A stretch of 64,000 nt of DNA, taken from positions 41,665 to 105,664 of IMG/VR virus record IMGVR_UViG_3300032322_001517; one strand, written 5' to 3'. Below the pieces are notes generated by a model that saw only the letters and a list, made by a program, of their open reading frames with translations, was not told the origin of the DNA and ran no database searches. This document shows positions 1 to 7,389 of the stretch, piece by piece (the stretch's first letter is position 1; the number at the start of each line of letters is the position of its first letter). The DNA comes from a virus. The translations under genes and the position numbers were made by a program.

Positions 1-460
1 CTGCATTCTGAATTGAACCAGGCATCACAAAGAATACCCTCGAGTTATTAGCGAACAATGGAATGAACTGTTCCTTGATAATATTTCGAATAACGATAGT
101 GTTCTTATTGACTAGGCGATACTCAAAATTCAAACCAGAAATCTGACCAGAACGATTATGGAAATTCATACGCATACGGTAATTACCCGGAGGATCTGAA
201 ATATTCCATGTGTTATTACGCAAGAAGATATAAAGTTCACCATCAGCAAGATCACGGATCAACTGAAAACGAGAACCATCTCGCCAATTGATTTCTGCGT
301 AACATGCAGGGTTATCATTCTTTTCAACGTTAGCAGTCACACCATAAACATAGTATGGACCTGGACGAACGTCAACATTAAAAAACTGTTGAGATGCTGC
401 AAAAGCTGAACTCGTGAAAAGCATCGCAGCAAGTGTTCCACTAATAATCTTCTTCATCAT
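1..460 (-). CDS. Hypothetical secreted/periplasmic protein (3'-partial, runs off window start)
   Basis: Read manually: MMKKIISGTLAAMLFTSSAFAASQQFFNVDV..., a Sec-type signal peptide; open to position 1; AAGGTG RBS-like sequence upstream. Confidence 0.75.
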   Translation of the reverse strand, partial: MMKKIISGTLAAMLFTSSAFAASQQFFNVDVRPGPYYVYGVTANVEKNDNPACYAEINWRDGSRFQLIRDLADGELYIFLRNNTWNISDPPGNYRMRMNFHNRSGQISGLNFEYRLVNKNTIVIRNIIKEQFIPLFANNSRVFFVMPGSIQNA

Positions 461-490
461 TTTATTCACCTTTGCAGTAGTTAAAAGATA

Positions 491-608
491 TGGGCTAACC
501 GTGGACCCACGCGAGCTTATTACGTAGCCACCCGAAGAGCTTGACACGCTATCGCCAACGACAGTCGATAGTAACGGACGATTTGAGTCGCTGTGTTGCC
601 CGTGTCAA
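491..608 (-). ncRNA. Putative structured RNA directly downstream of tRNA-Ala
   Basis: TTGACACG/CGTGTCAA closing stem, CTATCG/CGATAG stem, GGCTA/TAGCC and CGTG-GGTC-CACG stems; GC-richer than surroundings; no ORF. Confidence 0.5.
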
Positions 609-610
609 CT

Positions 611-686
611 TGGTGGAGACATGCGGGATCGAACCGCAGACCTGAAGCTTGCAAAGCTACCGCTCTCCCAACTGAGCTATGTCCCC
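611..686 (-). tRNA. tRNA-Ala(UGC)
   Basis: GGGGACATAGCTCAG...TTTGCAA...TTCGATC...TCTCCACCA cloverleaf, encoded CCA. Confidence 0.95.
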
Positions 687-690
687 AATA

Positions 691-765
691 TGGTAGTCCG
701 TGACAGGGTTGAACTGCCGACCTTCTCCGTGTAAAGGAGTTGCTCTTCCACTGAGCTAACGGACC
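691..765 (-). tRNA. tRNA-Val(UAC)
   Basis: Cloverleaf, anticodon loop TTTACAC, encoded CCA. Confidence 0.95.
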
Positions 766-769
766 AAAC

Positions 770-846
770 TGGCTCGCATGGTAGGATTCGAACCTACAGT
801 GGCCTGATTAACAGTCAGGTCCCGATACCAATTCGGGTTCATGCGA
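770..846 (-). tRNA. tRNA-Asn(GUU)
   Basis: Cloverleaf, anticodon loop CTGTTAA, encoded CCA; A rather than the usual U at position 8. Confidence 0.92.
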
Positions 847-864
847 ATGAACTTTATATTACTT

Positions 865-893
865 ATATTACTCTAGACCGGAATTAAAGTCAA
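865..893 (-). promoter_or_regulatory. Sigma70-like early promoter TTGACT-N17-TAATAT with ATTCCGG spacer motif
   Basis: One of four near-identical promoters; directly upstream of tRNA-Asn. Confidence 0.75.
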
Positions 894-2413
894 TAATGTA
901 TTTTATTCCCAACAACCAACATATCGATGCTTTTTGAAGCGAATTCTTTTTCAGCCGAAGATATCTTACTAGCTATTGGCTTCCCCGAAACATTAAGACT
1001 AGTATTCAGCAACGCTGGGCATTCAGTAATTTTATAAAACTCTTCTAATATAGATCTCAAAGCAGTACCATTTTTAGAAACTGTTTGAACTCTACATGTA
1101 CCATCAACATGAGTTACCGATGGAACCGATATCTTAGGTACTCCGACATATAGCATATATGGATTTTCATACATTAACCCAAAGCTATCTTTATGTTCTT
1201 CTAAAACAGAAGCACCAAATGGTCTGAAATATTCTCTATTCTTTATCTGATTGATAATATCTTTACCATTGGTAACTCTAGGATCAAAGAGTATAGATCT
1301 ATTACCTAATGCTCTTGGACCTATTTCACCATTGCCTTGATAAAGAGCTACGACTGCACCATCAGCTAAATGTTTAGCAACTATTTTTGCATTTTCCATA
1401 CTTAGAAAGTCTTTAGGAGCCTCATCAGTTGTGCTAAATGGGAAATTCTTCAACTTCATTTTAGGAAGATTGTATTTTCTCCTAAGCATTTCCATTGCAC
1501 CAATAGATAAACCTTCATCTCCGCAATACGGAACTACAACAAGATTAGGATATTTGTTTTTTAATAAAGTATTCCATATAACATTCTGCGCTACACCACC
1601 AGAATAACCTACACGATCATTTGGGGATACAAATTTATCAAACAACTCTAAAACGATTTCCCCTGTTCTTTCGTGAACAGTTCGAACCCAATTTAATTTT
1701 TGTTGTTTCGATAAACTTTGGGTGTTTAGAAAATTTAAATAATTATCCATATTAAAGAGAGTGTCGCCACCAGATACCCTCTTTCTATAAAGAGCATTTA
1801 CATTGTAAATATTATATTTTTGTAATACTTCAAGGTATTCATAATCTATGTTACCGTAAGATTGTAAACCCATCAATTTTCCAGGTCTGTCGATAGGTCT
1901 TCCGGTATTACTAAGTTCGTCAAAGAGATATGAAATATATGTTATGCCATGACCTATAGATCCATAATCTTGAACAATACCTTTAGTTATTAATTCATCA
2001 CCAAAGTATACATGCCAACAATCATTAACTAATCTATCAGCAGAATCTCTGTACTGAGGTCCAGATCCATCTAACACAATATTTTTATCTACGTCATGCA
2101 TAAAACAAACGCTCAATGCGTGAGCTAGATGATGATTGATAGATGTTATGTTTTTATTGACGCCTGTATCAAGTAATAATTGATAGAGTAAACTGTCAAC
2201 GACAACGATTTCATCCATATTTTGGAAAGATGTATTCCAGTATTTGGAAAAAATGCTATTAAAAAATGTTACACAAAGGTCAACATTAATCTTTTTAAGG
2301 CCAAAATGTTTAGAATCTAAAATTCTTTCCAACTTTAGATAATGTGTATTATCGCCATCAAAATAAGTAATATTTGTGTCGTGAGAATAACCACCAATAG
2401 ATAATAATTTCAT
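890..2413 (-). CDS. Carbamoyltransferase, NodU/CmcH/TobZ family
   Basis: HD...LER, HHLAHA, DGSG, GKLMGL..YG, SGGVAQN, E.GPRALGNRSIL, KNRE.FRPF, HVDGTCRVQTV, LLNTSLN motifs. Confidence 0.92.
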   Translation of the reverse strand: MKLLSIGGYSHDTNITYFDGDNTHYLKLERILDSKHFGLKKINVDLCVTFFNSIFSKYWNTSFQNMDEIVVVDSLLYQLLLDTGVNKNITSINHHLAHALSVCFMHDVDKNIVLDGSGPQYRDSADRLVNDCWHVYFGDELITKGIVQDYGSIGHGITYISYLFDELSNTGRPIDRPGKLMGLQSYGNIDYEYLEVLQKYNIYNVNALYRKRVSGGDTLFNMDNYLNFLNTQSLSKQQKLNWVRTVHERTGEIVLELFDKFVSPNDRVGYSGGVAQNVIWNTLLKNKYPNLVVVPYCGDEGLSIGAMEMLRRKYNLPKMKLKNFPFSTTDEAPKDFLSMENAKIVAKHLADGAVVALYQGNGEIGPRALGNRSILFDPRVTNGKDIINQIKNREYFRPFGASVLEEHKDSFGLMYENPYMLYVGVPKISVPSVTHVDGTCRVQTVSKNGTALRSILEEFYKITECPALLNTSLNVSGKPIASKISSAEKEFASKSIDMLVVGNKIHY

Positions 2414-2442
2414 AAGTTATCCTATGTTTTTTATTATTTATT

Positions 2443-2518
2443 TGGTAGACCGTGAGGGATTCGAACCCCCGTCAAGAGATTAAGAGTCTCCTGCTAAAAC
2501 CAACTCAGCTAACGGTCC
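2443..2518 (-). tRNA. tRNA-Lys(CUU)
   Basis: Cloverleaf, loop CTCTTAA, encoded CCA. Confidence 0.93.
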
Positions 2519-2523
2519 GTGTT

Positions 2524-2601
2524 TGGTCCTCTGTATCGGATTTGAACCGATGCTCTCCGCGCTTGAAAGGCGGGTATGTTTGACCGCTACACCAACAGAG
2601 G
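2524..2601 (-). tRNA. tRNA-Glu(UUC)
   Basis: Cloverleaf, loop CTTTCAA, encoded CCA; C:C mismatch or bulge in anticodon stem. Confidence 0.85.
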
Positions 2602-2653
2602 AAATTCTAAGACCCGTAACTTGATGAGGCGCCAGCGGAGTCACGGGCGCAAA

Positions 2654-2727
2654 TGGTGCTTCTGGATGGTATCGATCCAACGTCTCTCGATTATCAGTCG
2701 AGTGCTCTACCTTTGAGCTACAGAAGC
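2654..2727 (-). tRNA. tRNA-Ile(GAU)
   Basis: Cloverleaf, loop CTGATAA, encoded CCA. Confidence 0.9.
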
Positions 2728-2728
2728 A

Positions 2729-2804
2729 TGGTGCTTCGCCACGGAATCGAACCGCATCCTCTGGTTCTTCAGACCAGCGTACGCACCAGCTATACCAGCG
2801 AAGC
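2729..2804 (-). tRNA. tRNA-Phe(GAA)
   Basis: Cloverleaf, loop CTGAAGA, encoded CCA. Confidence 0.92.
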
Positions 2805-2809
2805 ATTAA

Positions 2810-2892
2810 TGGAGGACTGGGTGGGACTCGAACCCACGATGTTGTATAGCAGATTAAAAGTCTGCGCCGTTCGCCACTACGGTAACCAGTCC
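2810..2892 (-). tRNA. tRNA-Lys(UUU), enlarged variable region
   Basis: GCAGA-CTTTTAA-TCTGC anticodon arm, 11-nt variable region, encoded CCA. Confidence 0.88.
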
Positions 2893-2963
2893 AATTTATG
2901 TGGCTTACGACTTAACACAGACTACATCCATCGACTTTCGTCTTTGGCTATACACATCAATCT

Positions 2964-3039
2964 TGGCTCGGGGTGATGGGCTCGAACCACCAACACACAG
3001 ATTCAAAGTCTGTAGTTCTACCAATTGAACTAACCCCGA
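2964..3039 (-). tRNA. tRNA-Gln(UUG)
   Basis: Cloverleaf, loop CTTTGAA, encoded CCA. Confidence 0.93.
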
Positions 3040-3041
3040 AT

Positions 3042-3204
3042 GTTGTTTCTACATAAACACTACATGTAGCCTAATTTTGGAGTCGGTTGCAGCCGTCCTT
3101 AGCTTCTGGCTCTGGTTATATCAGGACTGGAAAGAAGCCTTACCAGCCCGCCTAGATCGTGCGTCCACGAACGCTACCCAGTGCAGTGTTTATGAAGAAA
3201 CAAC
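3042..3204 (-). ncRNA. Putative ~160-nt structured RNA at the 5' end of the tRNA operon
   Basis: Roughly 22-bp terminal stem (GTTGTTTCT.CATAAACACTGCA / TGTAGTGTTTATG.AGAAACAAC) enclosing several hairpins. Confidence 0.65.
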
Positions 3205-3230
3205 CTTTCGATTGTTTCTAATTTCTAACG

Positions 3231-3243
3231 ATATCAAACAGCA
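3231..3243 (-). promoter_or_regulatory. boxA-like antitermination element TGCTGTTTGATAT
   Basis: Just downstream of the tRNA-operon promoter; resembles rrn leader boxA (TGCTCTTTAACA). Confidence 0.5.
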
Positions 3244-3255
3244 ACTTATATTCTT

Positions 3256-3284
3256 ATCTTACTTTATGCCGGAATAAAAATCAA
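3256..3284 (-). promoter_or_regulatory. Early promoter TTGATT-N17-TAAGAT driving the tRNA operon
   Basis: Shared TTTATTCCGG spacer motif. Confidence 0.75.
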
Positions 3285-3288
3285 GCAT

Positions 3289-3320
3289 AAAAAAAAGCGG
3301 GACTTTTTATGGTCCCGCTT
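3289..3320 (-). terminator. Rho-independent terminator
   Basis: AAGCGGGAC-loop-GTCCCGCTT followed by a T-run. Confidence 0.9.
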
Positions 3321-3341
3321 GAGTAACCTTATTCAGGAAAC

Positions 3342-3602
3342 TTAAACGAGACCCATCGCCTTGGCTTTATAACCAGCAGCGATAAGTTCACGCGATGGAG
3401 TACCAAAACGGTACTTTTGCGTGACGCGACCTTTACTATCTACATGACGATTGAGATAGATCGGGTAGCCGTCCATACGGAGCTGATAAACAGCATCATG
3501 CGGATTGGCAACATTATAACGTGCAGCAATCTGCTTGGCAGTGAGCTGTTCGCCGTTGACGACGAGAGCCTCATATACACGATCAACCTTGGTATTAGAC
3601 AT
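3342..3602 (-). CDS. Small winged-helix DNA-binding-like protein
   Basis: LTAKQIAARYNVANPHDAVYQLRMDGYPI wHTH pattern; AGGAG RBS; own promoter and terminator. Confidence 0.65.
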   Translation of the reverse strand: MSNTKVDRVYEALVVNGEQLTAKQIAARYNVANPHDAVYQLRMDGYPIYLNRHVDSKGRVTQKYRFGTPSRELIAAGYKAKAMGLV

Positions 3603-3633
3603 CAACATTCTCCTAAAGTTACATTATTTAGTC

Positions 3634-3662
3634 ATTATAAAGCATGCCGGAATAAAAATCAA
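3634..3662 (-). promoter_or_regulatory. Early promoter TTGATT-N17-TATAAT
   Basis: Consensus -10 box plus shared ATTCCGG spacer motif. Confidence 0.8.
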
Positions 3663-3673
3663 TAAGTTTTTTA

Positions 3674-4084
3674 TCACCGACGACTCTTAGTTCCAACAGT
3701 AGCCATATCAGTTTCGGGAGTAGCATACTGCAAACCACCCTTATTGAACAATGGCATCACACGACTCGCCTTATCGAGGATTTCCTTGCGGACATGCTCG
3801 GGCTCTTTATGAAGGTTGGTCATTACACCGCGTTTCACAGTAGAAGACGCATCACCTGACAACCCAGCTGAAACGTAGTCGCTTCGATCAACTTTCATAC
3901 TATCAGTATACTTCTGTTTCCAATTTTTGTCAAGCGTTTTTTTCTTGGCGATTTGACCAGGAAGAAGACCTTTCTCAAGAAGCCACTGCTCGTGCTTTGT
4001 CGTAGCAGCAGACTTTGCCTTGAGTTTAGAACTACGCTTGGTGTTATTGGTAGTGAAGTAAGCAGGTAGAATAGGCATAGTCAA
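3674..4084 (-). CDS. Hypothetical basic protein
   Basis: ORF with its own promoter; C-terminal PLFNKGGLQY motif that I recall from T4-like phage hypotheticals. Confidence 0.7.
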   Translation of the reverse strand: MTMPILPAYFTTNNTKRSSKLKAKSAATTKHEQWLLEKGLLPGQIAKKKTLDKNWKQKYTDSMKVDRSDYVSAGLSGDASSTVKRGVMTNLHKEPEHVRKEILDKASRVMPLFNKGGLQYATPETDMATVGTKSRR

Positions 4085-4108
4085 CCTTTCGATTTATCCT
4101 ATATCCTT

Positions 4109-4137
4109 ATATTACCTCTTGCCGGAATTAAAGTCAA
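4109..4137 (-). promoter_or_regulatory. Early promoter TTGACT-N17-TAATAT
   Basis: Shared TTAATTCCGG spacer motif. Confidence 0.75.
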
Positions 4138-4318
4138 CCTCTATTTGATCAAGCTTGACTATGAGCTCTTTGACGATTGGGTCGTATTGTGTTTCTTTGA
4201 TATGGAAAAACTGTCGATAATTGTTGTATTGTTTTTCAGCCATCATCGTAAATCTAATATCCATCATTTGCTCTATTAGATTTACTATGGATTCAGAATG
4301 TTTCTCTTGCTTCAACAT
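4112..4318 (-). CDS. Hypothetical protein
   Basis: ORF packed within the minus-strand operon. Confidence 0.6.
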   Translation of the reverse strand: MLKQEKHSESIVNLIEQMMDIRFTMMAEKQYNNYRQFFHIKETQYDPIVKELIVKLDQIEVDFNSGKR

Positions 4319-4649
4319 CTTGATTATCCCCGTCGTCTACGATGATATACTTTGCTTCATTATCTAATTGTGCATATGCTTCAAGTAACCTTCTAGCATC
4401 GTTCAATCTATCTACTACTTTACTGATAGTTTTTCGAGCAACAGGGTCGTTATGACCTTCTTCTAAATCCATTAAGACTGCATCTAAGTTAGAATCTACA
4501 GAATAGTCTATATGGAATTTTACCTTAGTTCCGTCGTTGCCCATTTCTTCTTTTAATTCTAACGGCGGAAACAATATCTTTTTAATCTGCTCTAGCTTTT
4601 CGTCTGCTGGAGTTTCTACTTTCTTTTCAATTTTCCACGGAAATCTCAT
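4293..4649 (-). CDS. Hypothetical protein
   Basis: ORF; ATG overlaps the upstream stop (TAATG). Confidence 0.7.
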   Translation of the reverse strand: MRFPWKIEKKVETPADEKLEQIKKILFPPLELKEEMGNDGTKVKFHIDYSVDSNLDAVLMDLEEGHNDPVARKTISKVVDRLNDARRLLEAYAQLDNEAKYIIVDDGDNQDVEARETF

Positions 4650-4840
4650 TACGAACAATACTCCCTAGCACTTTTCCAACATTCACATTTTTCACATTGT
4701 AACAAAGGACTTTCCGAATCGCATCTCTGTTGTTCGGAAAGATGCCTATATGTTTTATACTTTTTAAGTTCGCGCTTGTTTTGTTTTAAAGTTTTTCTGA
4801 GTTCGTTTATTTCTCTTTGAACGTCAGCGCAAGTTTTCAC
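4649..4840 (-). CDS. Hypothetical protein with C-terminal Cys cluster (CEKCECWK)
   Basis: Overlaps the regA stop. Confidence 0.6.
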   Translation of the reverse strand: MKTCADVQREINELRKTLKQNKRELKKYKTYRHLSEQQRCDSESPLLQCEKCECWKSAREYCS

Positions 4841-5238
4841 TTCTTTTTACGTCCCATATTGTACTTAGCTTCAAGCGTCCAATCATTCTTTTCTTTATGG
4901 TTGATAATCTTAATCTGACTCATAGAAGCTAGAGGTTCCTTAATCCGATCAGATTCAACGATCTTTAACAGACCCCAATCTTGAAGAAGTTCAGCTATCT
5001 TATTTCTGCGACCCTTGTCTTCTTCAGAAAAATTAGATGGCTTACCATCGATAGCAAACATTTCTTTAAAGTGCACGATATAATACTTGCCTTGCTTGTG
5101 AAAAATATGACAAGATTGGTAGAGCTTTTTTTCTTTGCGAGAAGCAACGCCTATGCGAGTTAGAGTTTCTTTAATTTTTAGAAAGTCTTCTTCTTCAGCG
5201 ATCCTCACCTCAATTAAGTTATCTAGCATTTCATTCAT
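4837..5238 (-). CDS. regA: Translational repressor RegA
   Basis: DFLKIKETLTRIGVAS...LYQSCHIFHKQGKYYIVHFKE signature; follows gp62. Confidence 0.97.
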   Translation of the reverse strand: MNEMLDNLIEVRIAEEEDFLKIKETLTRIGVASRKEKKLYQSCHIFHKQGKYYIVHFKEMFAIDGKPSNFSEEDKGRRNKIAELLQDWGLLKIVESDRIKEPLASMSQIKIINHKEKNDWTLEAKYNMGRKKK

Positions 5239-5239
5239 T

Positions 5240-5710
5240 TCATCCGCCTTTTATTTTCTTTTTTATATATTCCAATTGATCCTTAGTGAGGATCTTTCTA
5301 GCTGCCTTTGCTTTGGCAATATTGTATTTATAATATTCTCGTATTAGGCGGAGTTCTTGCTGTTCTTTCTCGATTTCTCTTTCTTTTTCAATATCTTCTT
5401 TGGTTTTCTTTTTACCAAACCTCTTAACCTTTCTAATCGAATGGAAAAGATAGTGATAGTGCATTTTGTCAGTAAGATGATAGTTAATATTCATCTCATT
5501 GGCAGCAAATATTGTATCAGAAAAATTAGAAAGGGAACTATTGGTTCTCCATTGGTCGTACTTAAACTCTTGTACACCATCTAAACTCAACAGTTCTTTT
5601 CCATAATTGATTGAGTTCTCAAATCTCCAATCGTACTTTGGTTTTACAACAACTTCTTGTTCTTTTTTTGCCTCTCTAGGCTGAAGAGTAACATCTAGAA
5701 ACTGTTTCAT
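5240..5710 (-). CDS. 62: Clamp loader small subunit gp62
   Basis: ANEMN...LFHSIRK..RF, IREYYKYN..KA; position between 44 and regA. Confidence 0.9.
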   Translation of the reverse strand: MKQFLDVTLQPREAKKEQEVVVKPKYDWRFENSINYGKELLSLDGVQEFKYDQWRTNSSLSNFSDTIFAANEMNINYHLTDKMHYHYLFHSIRKVKRFGKKKTKEDIEKEREIEKEQQELRLIREYYKYNIAKAKAARKILTKDQLEYIKKKIKGG

Positions 5711-6645
5711 ACCAACTCTGCTTCAAGCATAATTTCAGACAAAAATGCAGCGAAGTTGATTTCCGGATTGGCCGAAAACGCATTTTGATATTGATACTTT
5801 GCAATCAACATAATCAAAATGGGTAAAGTTCTCTTAGAAAAATACTCAGAAGCATTGTCATAAAATTCATTGTACAACTGATTGACATCTGTATCAATGT
5901 TATTCTTAACCCACTTTCTGATCTCAGTGAGATTCTTATCCTTCATCAAGGCGATAAGTTCCTTGATAGAAGTTTGCTGCATGTTAGCGAGAATACCAGA
6001 GTCGATTTTGCCTGTAGCTGAATACCGCTGAAGTTCATTAAGAACACGACGCCAATCTGGAAAGTGCTTGTTGATTACTTCAGCAACAACAGCAGGATCA
6101 AACTCAATGGTTTCCTTCTTGAGGATGCACTGGACACGCTTAAAGAACTGACCAGCGAGCTTGGCCATATCCTTCTTGCTGATCTTAAAGTCTACAACTG
6201 AGCAACGCGAATGAAGTGGATCGATGATGCGATTCTTAAAGTTACAGGTGAGGATGAATCCACAATTCTTGCTAAATTCCTCCATAAAATTTCGCAAAGC
6301 TGGCTGTGTTGAGTTTGCGTTAAGGTAATCTGCTTCGTCAAGGATAACGTACTTACGACCTCCAGAAAGAGATACACTGGACGCGAAGTTGAGAATTTCA
6401 TTTCGCAGGGTATCGATATTACCATTCATAGATCCGTTAATTACAATATAGTCACATCCAAGTTGTTCAAGCATAGCTCTTGCTACTGTTGTTTTACCAA
6501 CACCAGCGGATCCAGATAGGATAAGATTAGGGATATTTTTTTGATCAACGAATCGTTGAAAAGTTGCTTTTAAATCAACAGGTAGGATAGTCTCTTCAAT
6601 AGTTTTCGGACGATACTTTTCAACCCACAAAAAATCATCAAGCAT
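5707..6645 (-). CDS. 44: Clamp loader ATPase subunit gp44
   Basis: LWVEKYRP, GSAGVGKTT, DEAD, SRC motifs; start placed at MLDDF behind a GGAG RBS. Confidence 0.97.
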   Translation of the reverse strand: MLDDFLWVEKYRPKTIEETILPVDLKATFQRFVDQKNIPNLILSGSAGVGKTTVARAMLEQLGCDYIVINGSMNGNIDTLRNEILNFASSVSLSGGRKYVILDEADYLNANSTQPALRNFMEEFSKNCGFILTCNFKNRIIDPLHSRCSVVDFKISKKDMAKLAGQFFKRVQCILKKETIEFDPAVVAEVINKHFPDWRRVLNELQRYSATGKIDSGILANMQQTSIKELIALMKDKNLTEIRKWVKNNIDTDVNQLYNEFYDNASEYFSKRTLPILIMLIAKYQYQNAFSANPEINFAAFLSEIMLEAELV

Positions 6646-6660
6646 AGTATTCTCCATCAT

Positions 6661-6690
6661 AAAAAAAGGGGAGCCTTATTTTAGCTCCCC
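6661..6690 (-). terminator. Rho-independent terminator between gp45 and gp44
   Basis: GGGGAGC-loop-GCTCCCC followed by T7. Confidence 0.85.
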
Positions 6691-6707
6691 TGACACTTTA
6701 AGTCAAC

Positions 6708-7361
6708 TTAGAAAGTTGACGATTGTTCAACAGCAATCCAATACTCAGCTTCCTTGCCAGAGAAGTGCGAAATACCTCGCGAACAAATACTAACTTCATA
6801 ATCTCCAGGAATGATCTTAATATTTTCCAGCTTGAAGATAGCCTTAAATGTCTTTGTCGTTTCACCAACTTCAATAGAAAAAGTATTTCCATTAGTCAGC
6901 TTTGTATCATCAGCCTGAAGATACAACTTAGAACCATCGCCAACTATTACCATTTCAGGAAGGCTGTTAATACCAGCAGCCTTTTCAATCTTCTTAAAAT
7001 GATCCTGAGAAAGCGTAAAAGAAACATCAATGGATGGCAAATTGATTTCCTTTTCAGGCGGAGCCTTAATTGCGCTTTCATCAGCGAAAGGAATTACCTG
7101 CTTGAGATTACCCTCACGGATAACAAGCTGAGCATCGCCTAGCTTAACCTCAGGATCATTGAACATGCTCAAATTAGCAATGAATGAATCAAGGTTGTAG
7201 ATAGCAAACCTCTTATCGAAAGAGGTTTGAACTTGAGCCTTGGCCATTACAGTCTTTGAAGTTGAAATGGTCTTCAAAGTGTTTCCTTCCTGAATAATAA
7301 TGGAAGGATTAATCTTAGCAAAATTCTTAAGGATATTCACAGTATTGGTATCAATCTTCAT
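6708..7361 (-). CDS. 45: Sliding clamp gp45
   Basis: ILKNFAKINPSI, FAIYNL, KIIPGDYEV, YWIAVE. Confidence 0.96.
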   Translation of the reverse strand: MKIDTNTVNILKNFAKINPSIIIQEGNTLKTISTSKTVMAKAQVQTSFDKRFAIYNLDSFIANLSMFNDPEVKLGDAQLVIREGNLKQVIPFADESAIKAPPEKEINLPSIDVSFTLSQDHFKKIEKAAGINSLPEMVIVGDGSKLYLQADDTKLTNGNTFSIEVGETTKTFKAIFKLENIKIIPGDYEVSICSRGISHFSGKEAEYWIAVEQSSTF

Positions 7362-7389
7362 ATCAAACTCCTTTAGTGGATACTTTCAT

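Noticed and set aside
574-605. SAM-II-like riboswitch pattern (ACGG..ATTTGA..TTG.CCGT) on the plus strand
   Set aside because: Wrong strand for local transcription, lacks the A-rich 3' pseudoknot arm and has no downstream gene.
611-3039. Suppressor tRNA or stop-codon recoding
   Set aside because: All nine anticodons are sense, and core genes translate to full length with the standard code.
2480-3277. ORFs 2480-2806, 2653-2976 and 3077-3277
   Set aside because: They overlap tRNA genes and the structured RNA, so they are spurious.
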